The notes under the pieces: generated by a model | What the model saw: the letters and a program-made list of their open reading frames with translations, nothing else | The model's database searches: none | Told to the model about the DNA's origin: nothing | Position numbers and translations under genes: made by a program | From: an uncultured Anaerolineaceae bacterium | GTDB lineage: Bacteria; Chloroflexota; Anaerolineae; JAAYZQ01 | Reading direction: 5' to 3' | DNA length: 50,462 bases | NCBI GenBank assembly: GCA_964575225.1 | Contig: CAZNQW010000004.1 | Span: forward strand, 1 to 50,462 | Part shown: positions 33,731-42,503 of the stretch, piece by piece | Layout: every line of letters begins with the position of its first letter | How positions within the stretch are numbered: position 1 is the first letter of the stretch

Positions 33731-36040
33731 CTACTCGCTTCCCCTCCATCGCCGCCAAAGCGCCAGCCCCCCCATGACGAGTAGAACCAGCACCGTGACC
33801 AGGGTGATCCCCAGGCCCACAGACCAGGAGGTTGGGCGATACACCATCTCCACGCGGTGCGTTCCCGGCCCCACTTGCACGGCACGGAAGGCATAGTTGG
33901 CGCGCACGATGGGCGCCTTTTCCCCATCCACCGTGGCCTGCCAGCCGGGATAGTGGGGATCGCTGAGCACCACATAGCCTTCGGCCGGGCTCTCTACCTC
34001 GAGTACCAATCGATCCGATTCATAATCTACCACTTGTACCACGCCCTGTCCGGCGTCCGACCCGGCGAGGGACCGGCCCCCTTCCAGGACGACCGTCTTA
34101 GCCGGGTCAAAATCGGCCTCGTGGATGCGCGCCCAGGCCTCCTCGTGGTTATCGGCCTGTACCGTGCGGAATACCACAAAGGCCCGCGGCAGGGCCGCTC
34201 TATTCTGATAGACGTTCACCTCCGGGTCCTGATCAAAGGCCAGGGTGAACTTGGCTTCATCCAGGACGACGTCCTTGCTGCCCAGCACATAGCGCACACC
34301 CAGAAAATCGTAGAGCGCCGACGAGCGGCCGCCTAGGCCTTCATAGTAGCGGGCCACATCGGCCACCATCAGCGGGTTGTCCACTCCGCTCACGTCGTAC
34401 AACCCGGCCAGCAGGGCCAGGTTCGGCTGCCAGTTTCCCCACACGTCAGTGCGCGAGTCAATGCGAAATTGGTCCGGGTCGGAGGCCAGGAACTCGACGA
34501 TGCGGGAATGGTCAAAACCGGCCGTGGGCGCCTCTCGACCGATGTCGGTGTGGGCGCCCAGCGAGGCCAGATCGACGAACACCAACCCCACCGCCAGCCA
34601 GGCCAGCGTGGCTCGCGGCAAACGCCCGGTGCGCCGGGCGCTAAGCCAGGCCAGCGCCGCAGCCAACATCAGCAGGCAAAAGACCAGACCGCTCCCTGCC
34701 ATCGACACCCGCCAAAAGAGGGTCGGGTCCCGGTCCTGAGCCTGGTAGATCATGGTATAGGCCCACAGCCCGCCCAAGAGTATCGCGCCGCTGCCAAACC
34801 AGAGCAGCCACCGCCATGCCCCGTCCAGCGCCTTTCGGTCGCGCCGGTCCAACGGGCCGAGCAGGCGATCCAGCCCCAAGGCCGCCAGCGCTGCCAACCC
34901 AAAATCGACCAGGAGGATCAGGCGCGCCGGGGCGCGAAGGTGGCCAAAGCCCGGCAGCAGCCGGTAGGCCCACCCGTGAAAGACCGACTCCCCACCCAAC
35001 GCCAGCAGAAAGGCCACCCCGGCCAATACCACAAAGGGCCGAACCTTGGGTCCGCGGCGCAGCAAGAGCGCCAGGCCCGCCAGCACCAGGGTCAGGATGC
35101 CCACATAGCCCACCGCCACCCGGTCCCAGACCCCCCAGTACAGCGACGGCTCTCGACTGCCGAACAGCGCCGGCACAAACATCTCGCCCAACAACCCCGG
35201 AACCAGCGAATAGCGGGCGGCGTCCCAATAACTCAGCCCGGCGCGCGGGCTCAGGCGCGCATACTCAAAGGCAGGCAGCAGCACCAACGCCGACAACCCC
35301 ACCGCCACCGCGGCCGTAACGGCCAGCGCCAGGAGCGACCAGGCTCGATCTCGCCCTTCTCGGCGGCCTGACGCATCCACCGCCGTCAATACGGCCAACG
35401 CCAGCCCAATGTACAGCGTGATCTGCAGGTGGCCTTCCAGCGTGGCGATGCCCAGGGCCACGCCCGCCCCCACCGCCAACCCCAGACGGCGAGTTCGAAC
35501 CGCCCGCCAAAAGAAAAGAACGATCAGGGGCAGCCAGGCCGCCACGGCGACCAGGTTCAGGTTGCCAAAGTGGACGATGAACAGGTCGGAGAACATATAG
35601 GCCACGGCGCCCAGCATCGCAGCCGGAACGCGCAGGCGATGGCCCGGTTCGAAATATCGCAGGCAGAGGTACATGAACAACCCGGCCAAAAAGACATGGA
35701 ACACCACCATCCACTCCATCGCCTTGTAGCCGAAATCCGGTACCAGCAGGAACAGGATCAGATTGAGAGGGTAAAAAAGGCCGGTCTGCATGTCGGCCAG
35801 AAAGGGAGCCCCGCCATACAGATGGGGGTTCCACAGGGGCAGGTCTCCGGCCCGCAATTGGGCGGCAGCGAAACGATAGACAGGGTACAGAAAAGAGACC
35901 AAGTCACCGCCGCCGGCCGGCTTCCAGGCATCGGAGGTGAACAAGATCCGCCCAAAAAAGCCCAGTACGGCCGCCAGCAAAAGAGCCAAAGCGCCGATCT
36001 CGTCTGCAATCGCTCGAGTTCTCGTCCTCATCGCTCGCAT
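33731..36040 (-). CDS. YfhO-family polytopic membrane protein (GT-C-like glycosyl carrier-dependent transferase)
   Basis: 769 aa with more than 12 TM segments. The motif is LWNPHLYGGAPFLADMQTGLFYPLNLILFLL. A large C-terminal extracytoplasmic domain is followed by a final TM segment. Confidence 0.75.
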   Translation of the reverse strand: MRAMRTRTRAIADEIGALALLLAAVLGFFGRILFTSDAWKPAGGGDLVSFLYPVYRFAAAQLRAGDLPLWNPHLYGGAPFLADMQTGLFYPLNLILFLLVPDFGYKAMEWMVVFHVFLAGLFMYLCLRYFEPGHRLRVPAAMLGAVAYMFSDLFIVHFGNLNLVAVAAWLPLIVLFFWRAVRTRRLGLAVGAGVALGIATLEGHLQITLYIGLALAVLTAVDASGRREGRDRAWSLLALAVTAAVAVGLSALVLLPAFEYARLSPRAGLSYWDAARYSLVPGLLGEMFVPALFGSREPSLYWGVWDRVAVGYVGILTLVLAGLALLLRRGPKVRPFVVLAGVAFLLALGGESVFHGWAYRLLPGFGHLRAPARLILLVDFGLAALAALGLDRLLGPLDRRDRKALDGAWRWLLWFGSGAILLGGLWAYTMIYQAQDRDPTLFWRVSMAGSGLVFCLLMLAAALAWLSARRTGRLPRATLAWLAVGLVFVDLASLGAHTDIGREAPTAGFDHSRIVEFLASDPDQFRIDSRTDVWGNWQPNLALLAGLYDVSGVDNPLMVADVARYYEGLGGRSSALYDFLGVRYVLGSKDVVLDEAKFTLAFDQDPEVNVYQNRAALPRAFVVFRTVQADNHEEAWARIHEADFDPAKTVVLEGGRSLAGSDAGQGVVQVVDYESDRLVLEVESPAEGYVVLSDPHYPGWQATVDGEKAPIVRANYAFRAVQVGPGTHRVEMVYRPTSWSVGLGITLVTVLVLLVMGGLALWRRWRGSE

Positions 36041-36061
36041 CCCTCTTCCCGCCCTCTTGCG

Positions 36062-38071
36062 CTACCGGCCCACAACGACGACCGAGCCCAAAAGAACCCG
36101 ATCGTCGGGCAGCCGCTGCCCCAACGCATCATAAGCGGGCACACGGGTCATGGTCGCCAGATCGTAAAGCCCGGCCTCCAACTCGTATTCCCCCGGAGGG
36201 GCATCGGCGGGAATGGCCAGCGGGTGCACGTCGAGGATTACCTCGCCAGGCTGCCACACCGTCGTGGGGTAATGCCCTTGCAGGGGCGGGCTGTCGTGTC
36301 CGGCCCACATCGGTCCCTGAGTAGCCGGATTGTGGCCGCCCAACAGGTGGCTGAAAACGGTATAGTCGGTGTCCATGGGGGCCAGAGCCTCCCAATAGAC
36401 CGTCAGGCGCACCGTGTCGCCGGGCGAAACCCTCTCGGCATCGACCTCATAGCCGAGCAGCCGAACACTGTCGCCTACAATGGCCTCCATCCGGTGCTCC
36501 GGTTCAAGCGCAGGGGTCTCACGGGCCGGCAGTTGGTAGGCGGCCGCATAGGGCCGATCGTAGCCGTCGTTCAGTGACCAACCCACCTGCCCATCAGGGC
36601 GCAGGCGTTGAAGGAGCGGCAGCGTCTCGGTGTCCTCCCGCAGCAGCACCACCATCGTCGCAGCGCGTCCGGGCGGAGGGACCACCAACCCGGCCCGTCC
36701 ATCGAACGTGGCAAAAGGCCGCCCGACCAGGAATTGCAGGGTGAAATGTTCCCGGTCCGTAGGAGTCAGGTACACGTGCTCTGCCCCTGGCACCGAGTTG
36801 ATCCGGCGGGCGCTCTCGGCCAGCCCTACGTCGTACGCATAGAACAGATCCGGACTGCGCCCCCAGGTCTGAAAATAGTCATGGACCGTGGAAACCGCAG
36901 AAAGGAGCAACCCTCCGCCCAGGAATAGGGCAACCGCTACCGTGACCCAGCGCCGCCTCAGATGCAACGCCCCTTCCCCCAGCGTCCAGGCGCCCAGGGC
37001 GCACAGCAGGGCCAGGGCCGGGGTGGCGCCAATCGCCCGGCCAAAGTGGGGCGCGTGCTCGGTGATCAGGGTGGGCGTCACCATCACGCCCAGCCACAAC
37101 AAGGGCAGCCCCGTCAAAGGTCGCCGCAACCCGATCAGCGACCGGGAGCACCCCACCAGGAACAGCAGGGCCAGGAAGGGGTCCAGGGCTGGGCGGCCCG
37201 GCAGATTGCTGCGCGGGTTGGCATCGCCGCGCACAAAGAACATGCCCAAGACCCGGCTCAGGTTCTGCCCCCAGGCCTGAAGAGCCCCCAGGGGAACCCC
37301 TTCTTCGCCCCCCAGAGCGACGCTCGTTGGGCGCTGGAGGAAATGGGCCGGATGGGTGGCAAAGTACACACCGATGGGCGCTGCCACGATCAACGCCACC
37401 AGGCCCAGGAGGAGCAGTCCGCGGCGATGGCGCTGCCAAAAACCCCGCTCCACGATCAGGCCGTACAAAAGGAACAATCCGGCTAACACAGGCACGAAAT
37501 AGCCGGCCTTATAGGTGTAGAGGCTGCCCCCCAGGGCCACCCCGGCCAGGGCAAAAGCCCCCGGCCGGCCGCTGTTCAACCCCCAGACCAGAGAGGCAAA
37601 GGCCCCTGTGGCGAAAAAGGGCACCAGGATCGGCTCCATCCCAATGCGGCTAAAGCTCAGGTGCCAATACAGCACAGCCAGGACCAGCGCCGTCCCCAGT
37701 CCTGCGACCTGTCCCCGCAGTTTTCGCCCCTTGCCGAACACCTCACGGCCCAGCCACCAGGCCAACGGCACCGTCAGCGTCCCCACCACAGCCGACGGCA
37801 GCCGGATGGCCCAGGGCTCCGGCCCGACCACCGCCAGCGCCGCCGCCACCAAATACATGGCAATCGGTTCCTCCCCCATATCGCTCTCAAAGAACAATCG
37901 GGGCGGATCGCCGGCCAGCAGCCCCCGGGCGGTGACGCCTTTGAACCCCTCATCGAAATGCAGGCCCGGGGGAAGCTCGGTCAGGTAGGAAAACCGAAGG
38001 GTCCCCGCCAGCAGCGTGATCAGCACGACCAACAACGCTTCCCACCGTAGGGACAGTATACGTTGCCTCAT
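36062..38071 (-). CDS. GT39/ArnT-PMT-like glycosyltransferase (GT-C fold), paralogue 1
   Basis: 669 aa and polytopic. The first-loop acidic motif is LHFDEGFKG. The C-terminal beta-domain (VRLTVYWEALAPMDTDYTVFSHLL) is shared with the neighbouring paralogue. Confidence 0.75.
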   Translation of the reverse strand: MRQRILSLRWEALLVVLITLLAGTLRFSYLTELPPGLHFDEGFKGVTARGLLAGDPPRLFFESDMGEEPIAMYLVAAALAVVGPEPWAIRLPSAVVGTLTVPLAWWLGREVFGKGRKLRGQVAGLGTALVLAVLYWHLSFSRIGMEPILVPFFATGAFASLVWGLNSGRPGAFALAGVALGGSLYTYKAGYFVPVLAGLFLLYGLIVERGFWQRHRRGLLLLGLVALIVAAPIGVYFATHPAHFLQRPTSVALGGEEGVPLGALQAWGQNLSRVLGMFFVRGDANPRSNLPGRPALDPFLALLFLVGCSRSLIGLRRPLTGLPLLWLGVMVTPTLITEHAPHFGRAIGATPALALLCALGAWTLGEGALHLRRRWVTVAVALFLGGGLLLSAVSTVHDYFQTWGRSPDLFYAYDVGLAESARRINSVPGAEHVYLTPTDREHFTLQFLVGRPFATFDGRAGLVVPPPGRAATMVVLLREDTETLPLLQRLRPDGQVGWSLNDGYDRPYAAAYQLPARETPALEPEHRMEAIVGDSVRLLGYEVDAERVSPGDTVRLTVYWEALAPMDTDYTVFSHLLGGHNPATQGPMWAGHDSPPLQGHYPTTVWQPGEVILDVHPLAIPADAPPGEYELEAGLYDLATMTRVPAYDALGQRLPDDRVLLGSVVVVGR

Positions 38072-39999
38072 GGCGCCACGACCTCAACCGCACCCAACAA
38101 CACCCGGTCGCCCAGATAGGCGCCATCGTCCGGATCGGTGACCGGCAGCCGCTCAAAGGTCTCGAGCAGGTACATTCCCACTTCCAGCCAGTAGGTGCCG
38201 GGCTGAGCGCCCTCGTCCACTTTGAGGGCATAGTTATCCTCGACGACCTGCCCGACCGTCCAGCGGTTGGTCGGCAGGCCGCCGCCCTGGGGCTCGCTGT
38301 CCACCTGGGCCCAAATCTGGTCGTCCCAATCCAAAAGGTGGGTAAAGACGGTGTAGCCCTTGTCCATCGGCGCCAGGGCCTGCCAATACAACGTCAGCAG
38401 CAGCGGTTCGCCGGGGACCACCGAATCTCCGCTCAGAACATAGCCCGCCAATCGCACCCCATCGCCCAGGTTCACCCCCACCGGAACCTGCGCCACCTCG
38501 CTCCCGGTCGGGCGCATCACGTACAGCGCCAGGTCCGCGTCGACCCAGCCGTCAAAGTAGGCCTTGCTGCCCCGTGTGGCCAACCACCGCGGCAGGAAAT
38601 CGGTGGGATCGAACTCGGCGGGATTTCCGAAACGGACCAGCCACAGGCGCGGATGCCGCACAGCGATCTCTTCCAGATCGCGCGCCGTCTCCGAATCCTC
38701 CAGGGCCACATCGTAGCGCGGGAAAAAGTAGGCCGCCAGACCCTCCGGCTGATAATAGTCGAACAGGGGCCGCTGAAGGGGATTGACCAGGATCAACCCA
38801 TCCCCAGGGTCAGCCTGCTCCTCCACGTAGGCCATCATCTGCCCGTATCGGCCCCGGACAAACTCCTGGTCCGTGTAGTAGGCTCCCAGGCCATAACTGC
38901 TGATGCCGAGCAACAAAAGAGCTCCCACCAGTCCCAGAGGGCGCCCCAGATGGCCCAGCATCGCCACGCCCCAAGCAGCCAACAGGCAATAGGCCGGCGC
39001 CACCAACAACAGGTAGCGGGGGTAGAAAAAGGGCATGATGGGGTTGACGGCCCAGGCCAGCAGAAGGGGAACACCCAGCCAGGCGATCACCATCCCCAGT
39101 TCGAACCGGGCGCTGCGGGCCGCGAAGGCCACACCCACCAGGACCGCGCCCAGGTAGGCTGCCGCAAGCCACGCGCCCACTGGAGCCGGTACCGACGGAC
39201 CCGCCCCAAAGGCGAGAGCTGTATCACCCGCGATGCGCAGCGCGGTGTCGAGGTTCCATTCGGCAAAACGGCCGCTGGCTTTGCCACCCAGGAAATCGCT
39301 CTGCACCACCACCCAAGGCACATAGGCCAGAGCCATTGTCGCCTGCGCCCCCAACCACCGGCCCAGATCCGCCCAACGACGATGACGCAACAGCAGAAGG
39401 CCCGCCACCAGATTCTGGGCTACGACGACGAAAAAAGCATAATAGTGGGTATAGACGGCGCCGAGGGTGACGACCACATAGGCCCACCATCGCCCGGGCG
39501 AGCGCGGATCCTGCAACAGGCGCAGCGCCCAATACATCGAGGCGGCTGCCAGCAGGGTCACCAGCCCATACATGCGCGTTTCCTGGGCATAAAAGACCAA
39601 AACCGGCGATAAAGCCGTCAACGCCGCGGCCAGCATGCTGGCCCCCTGGGTCCATCGGTGGTTACCCTCGCGAGAAAGGGACGCAAGCGCTCGGCAGCTC
39701 AGCGCATAGACCACCGGAACCGTCAACGTGCCAATCAGAGCCGAAAGCGACCGCACAGCCAGGGGTGTGAGGCCCGTCAGTCGAATCCACACATAGAGCA
39801 AAAAGGGATAGAGGGGAGGGTGAGTGTCGGCACCGCCGGCTACCACCTCGGGCAGGGGCTGGCGGCTGAGCCAAATGCTGAATGCCTCGTCCCCCCAGAT
39901 GTCCTGGCGATCGATGGCATAAAGCCGGAGACCAAAAGCCAGTACGACGAGAATCAGGACCCCCCAGCGAAATCCTTGGGCGCGCGGCGTTCCAGTCAT
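38068..39999 (-). CDS. GT39/ArnT-PMT-like glycosyltransferase (GT-C fold), paralogue 2
   Basis: 643 aa. The first-loop motif is IWGDEAFS. The C-terminal domain is LLLTLYWQALAPMDKGYTVFTHLL. It has a 4-nt overlap with paralogue 1. Confidence 0.75.
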   Translation of the reverse strand: MTGTPRAQGFRWGVLILVVLAFGLRLYAIDRQDIWGDEAFSIWLSRQPLPEVVAGGADTHPPLYPFLLYVWIRLTGLTPLAVRSLSALIGTLTVPVVYALSCRALASLSREGNHRWTQGASMLAAALTALSPVLVFYAQETRMYGLVTLLAAASMYWALRLLQDPRSPGRWWAYVVVTLGAVYTHYYAFFVVVAQNLVAGLLLLRHRRWADLGRWLGAQATMALAYVPWVVVQSDFLGGKASGRFAEWNLDTALRIAGDTALAFGAGPSVPAPVGAWLAAAYLGAVLVGVAFAARSARFELGMVIAWLGVPLLLAWAVNPIMPFFYPRYLLLVAPAYCLLAAWGVAMLGHLGRPLGLVGALLLLGISSYGLGAYYTDQEFVRGRYGQMMAYVEEQADPGDGLILVNPLQRPLFDYYQPEGLAAYFFPRYDVALEDSETARDLEEIAVRHPRLWLVRFGNPAEFDPTDFLPRWLATRGSKAYFDGWVDADLALYVMRPTGSEVAQVPVGVNLGDGVRLAGYVLSGDSVVPGEPLLLTLYWQALAPMDKGYTVFTHLLDWDDQIWAQVDSEPQGGGLPTNRWTVGQVVEDNYALKVDEGAQPGTYWLEVGMYLLETFERLPVTDPDDGAYLGDRVLLGAVEVVAP

Positions 40000-40005
40000 G
40001 CGATC

Positions 40006-40034
40006 AGTGTAGCATAACCCCCAGGTTTTGGCAA
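40006..40034 (-). promoter_or_regulatory. Candidate promoter of the GT39-GT39-YfhO operon (TTGCCA-17-TACACT), implying a leaderless or near-leaderless mRNA
   Basis: On the minus strand, -35 is at 40029-40034 and -10 at 40006-40011. Only 6 nt separate the -10 box from the ATG at 39999, and there is no SD. Confidence 0.45.
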
Positions 40035-40046
40035 CTGCCCTGTCAA

Positions 40047-40078
40047 GAAAAAAGCCCCTGCCGCATCGGCCAGGGGCT
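40047..40078 (-). terminator. Rho-independent terminator after the 209-aa gene
   Basis: On the minus strand, agcccctg-N10-caggggct forms an 8-bp stem followed by tttttt. Confidence 0.7.
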
Positions 40079-40093
40079 CGGCAGGCTCTCCGT

Positions 40094-40723
40094 TCAGTGC
40101 CCGACCCGCTTCTCCAATAGATCGATGATCCGATCCAGCTTTTCCAGGACCAATTTCCACTTTTCCGCCGTCAGCTCCGAAATGGGCTGGGAAGGGGTTC
40201 CCGATTCTTCGGGCGGCTCGGAGGGCTGGACGGCCGCCGCCGATTGCAGGCTGAAATAGACATCCAGATGGCGGTGGGCCGTGCCGCCCACCATGCCCAG
40301 TCCGCTGATCAGGTCCGAAGGGCCCCGCTCATCGGCAATCCACAGGGAACTCACTCCCCCGTTGGTTATGGAATAGTAATCCCCTTGCCCCATGCCAAAG
40401 CCGATGCTGCCGTTGACATTCGTCTCGCCAAAGACGCCCTTGGCATGCCACCGGCTTACCGGCGAGGGCCACTCGGGCAGGGCCGGTGCATCGGGCCATT
40501 GGCGCACAACCCGCACCCCCTGCAAGGGTTTGCTCGCGGCATCCGACACGCCCACCACCTGAACCGCGGGGCCTTCCCGTTCCAATAGGCCGACGAGACG
40601 AAAGACCTTTTTGACGCCGGCGGGCACCTCAGTCCGCTCAATCCGCACAGGCCCGAAGGTGGCCTGTAACCAGGTCCAATCCCGCTCCTTGCCCTGTTTG
40701 TCAAAGATTCGCACACCTTCCAC
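40094..40723 (-). CDS. Hypothetical protein (beta-rich N-domain, Pro-rich linker, C-terminal amphipathic helix)
   Basis: 209 aa with no signal peptide. The tail is ...QPSEPPEESGTPSQPISELTAEKWKLVLEKLDRIIDLLEKRVGH. Confidence 0.55.
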   Translation of the reverse strand: MEGVRIFDKQGKERDWTWLQATFGPVRIERTEVPAGVKKVFRLVGLLEREGPAVQVVGVSDAASKPLQGVRVVRQWPDAPALPEWPSPVSRWHAKGVFGETNVNGSIGFGMGQGDYYSITNGGVSSLWIADERGPSDLISGLGMVGGTAHRHLDVYFSLQSAAAVQPSEPPEESGTPSQPISELTAEKWKLVLEKLDRIIDLLEKRVGH

Positions 40724-40754
40724 GGAGGGTCTCCTTTCTATCCTGCCCGCACGC

Positions 40755-42164
40755 TCACAGACGCTGCTGCAGGGTTTCTAGCACGCGCTCCAATCGTTCG
40801 AGAAGCTGGTCGAGAAAAGCATCATCCGGCAAAGGTTCGGCGGGCGAGGGCATCTCGGGCTGGGTCGCCGGTGGCGGGGGCTCTGCCCCAGGCAGCGGTT
40901 CGGCGGCAGGCGGTTGAGTCGGTTGCGATGGCACCTCCCCCGGTTCTGTATCGGCCTGGTAAAAGGTCACAAGGGTGACCCCATCCTGGGTGTGGACGGG
41001 AAAGCCCCCACCGTCAAAGGAGACGATGTAGGTACCCACGTTTGGTGCCAGCACCTCAAAGCCCCCCTCGCCGTACTCGGGTTTGGAGCCGCTGACCACC
41101 CGACTCTCGTTACCCCACAGATCCCGAACGACGATGGGGACGCCCGCCCTGGGAAGTGACCCGGCGATGATCCGTGCCCCGGCGCGGTACTCCACCTGCA
41201 TCCGCCAATCCCGGACCTCTGGGGCCACGGGTTGGCTGGGTTGATTCGGTCGGGCAGGTTGGCTCGGCTGAGAACCCCCACCTTTTTTCAACCGATAGAG
41301 GGGGTTGGCCTTGGCCGCCAACTCCTGGGCAAGCTCGGGCCAAATATCGTACGAACTCCAGCTGCTGTGGCCGGTACCGCAACAGAAAATCGCAGCCCCG
41401 GCCACGTAAGGATCCCCCTTGAGAGCGGCGTCGTACCAGGCCAGTTGCTCCAGATAATGGGGTTGTTTGTGTCCGTACAGCGCCCGCCATCCACGGGGCG
41501 GATGGCCGCGCTCGATCAATCCATCCAGACCGCACTCGGTGATCAGCAACGGCAGGTCCCGCAACTGCTTGGGAAATCCACCCCAGTTGTGCTCCTTTTC
41601 CCCCTCGTACACCTTGCGGTGGCGGAGCAGGTACCATTTCCATTCCGTATCCAGCGTGGGCCAGGCATATTCGTGCAGAGCCAGCGCCCCCTGATACTGG
41701 CGTGCTGCCTCGAGGGCCGGGAGAAAGTAGGTCCAATACGGCAGCTTGGGGTTCCCCACCGAAAAGCTCCCGACGACGACTCGAAAGCCCTGCTCGCCCA
41801 GGATGCGCGTTCGCTCCGCGTCAAACTCGCCGTAGCGCTTCATGGCCTCGGGGGAATCCAGCACCGGCTCGTTCACCCCCTGCCAATAATCATAAGCCCC
41901 CTGCATCCGCTCAGCCCAGGGCATCACCTTGGCGCAGTGTTCTCGCGCGGCCTTGCGCACATCGAGATAGCCATCGTTAAAGTCGTATTCCGATTCGAGG
42001 ACCAGACGGCCCACAAACAGCGTGTCGGGCGTCTCTTTTTTCACATCAAGCCAGACGCTGCTATGATCCAACAGGACGACCAGCGGAGGTTTCCAGCGAG
42101 CGATCAACTCGGGGATACCGCTTGCCGTATAGCTGACGTGAGCGCCCAGCAGGCTGTAGGCCAT
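40755..42164 (-). CDS. Glycoside hydrolase-like (beta/alpha)8 protein (clan GH-A pattern) with beta-sandwich domain, Pro-rich linker and C-terminal amphipathic helix
   Basis: The candidate acid/base is in WQGVNEPV. The candidate nucleophile is in LLITECGLDG, preceded by ALHEYAW. There is no signal peptide. The tail is ...PLPDDAFLDQLLERLERVLETLQQRL. Confidence 0.6.
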   Translation of the reverse strand: MAYSLLGAHVSYTASGIPELIARWKPPLVVLLDHSSVWLDVKKETPDTLFVGRLVLESEYDFNDGYLDVRKAAREHCAKVMPWAERMQGAYDYWQGVNEPVLDSPEAMKRYGEFDAERTRILGEQGFRVVVGSFSVGNPKLPYWTYFLPALEAARQYQGALALHEYAWPTLDTEWKWYLLRHRKVYEGEKEHNWGGFPKQLRDLPLLITECGLDGLIERGHPPRGWRALYGHKQPHYLEQLAWYDAALKGDPYVAGAAIFCCGTGHSSWSSYDIWPELAQELAAKANPLYRLKKGGGSQPSQPARPNQPSQPVAPEVRDWRMQVEYRAGARIIAGSLPRAGVPIVVRDLWGNESRVVSGSKPEYGEGGFEVLAPNVGTYIVSFDGGGFPVHTQDGVTLVTFYQADTEPGEVPSQPTQPPAAEPLPGAEPPPPATQPEMPSPAEPLPDDAFLDQLLERLERVLETLQQRL

Positions 42165-42225
42165 ATCCGTTGCCCTTCCTTTCGGTTAACACAGTCAACT
42201 GCGTGTTCTTGCTAACAGTACATTG

Positions 42226-42254
42226 ATTATACCTGAAAACGGTGTTTTTGTAAA
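42226..42254 (-). promoter_or_regulatory. Candidate promoter of the GH-like gene pair (TTTACA-17-TATAAT)
   Basis: On the minus strand, -35 is at 42249-42254 and -10 at 42226-42231. Confidence 0.5.
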
Positions 42255-42447
42255 GCATTCAGTTGGTCTGATCAGGATTGTGGCCAAGTTGGCCATTCAA
42301 TCTGATTTCATGCCCCAAGGCCGCGGGCACGGGACGCCGTGCGGACCCAAGGGGCAGAGCCTGCCATATGCGTTCTGTCGATCGACCATGCAGAGGCCAT
42401 GAAGCCTGCTCTTTCGGCATCCTCTGGCTTGGGCAGTGGACAACACA

Positions 42448-42476
42448 GCGCCCCACCCCCATGAGGGGCAGGGCGC
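42448..42476 (-). terminator. Candidate terminator after apgM
   Basis: A GC-rich interrupted hairpin forms between gcgccccacccc and ggggcagggcgc. On the minus strand a U/G-rich tract (tgtgttgtcc) follows. Confidence 0.45.
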
Positions 42477-42503
42477 CGGTTGTGATTAAATCGAGCAGTC
42501 CGT

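Noticed and set aside
42255-42447. About 190 bp of unassigned DNA lie between the GH-gene promoter and the apgM terminator, with ORF-track ORFs at 42259-42648 and 42278-42520.
   Set aside because: The ORFs overlap apgM or have atypical composition and no SD. I could not see a convincing conserved RNA structure. It is probably spacer or relic DNA.
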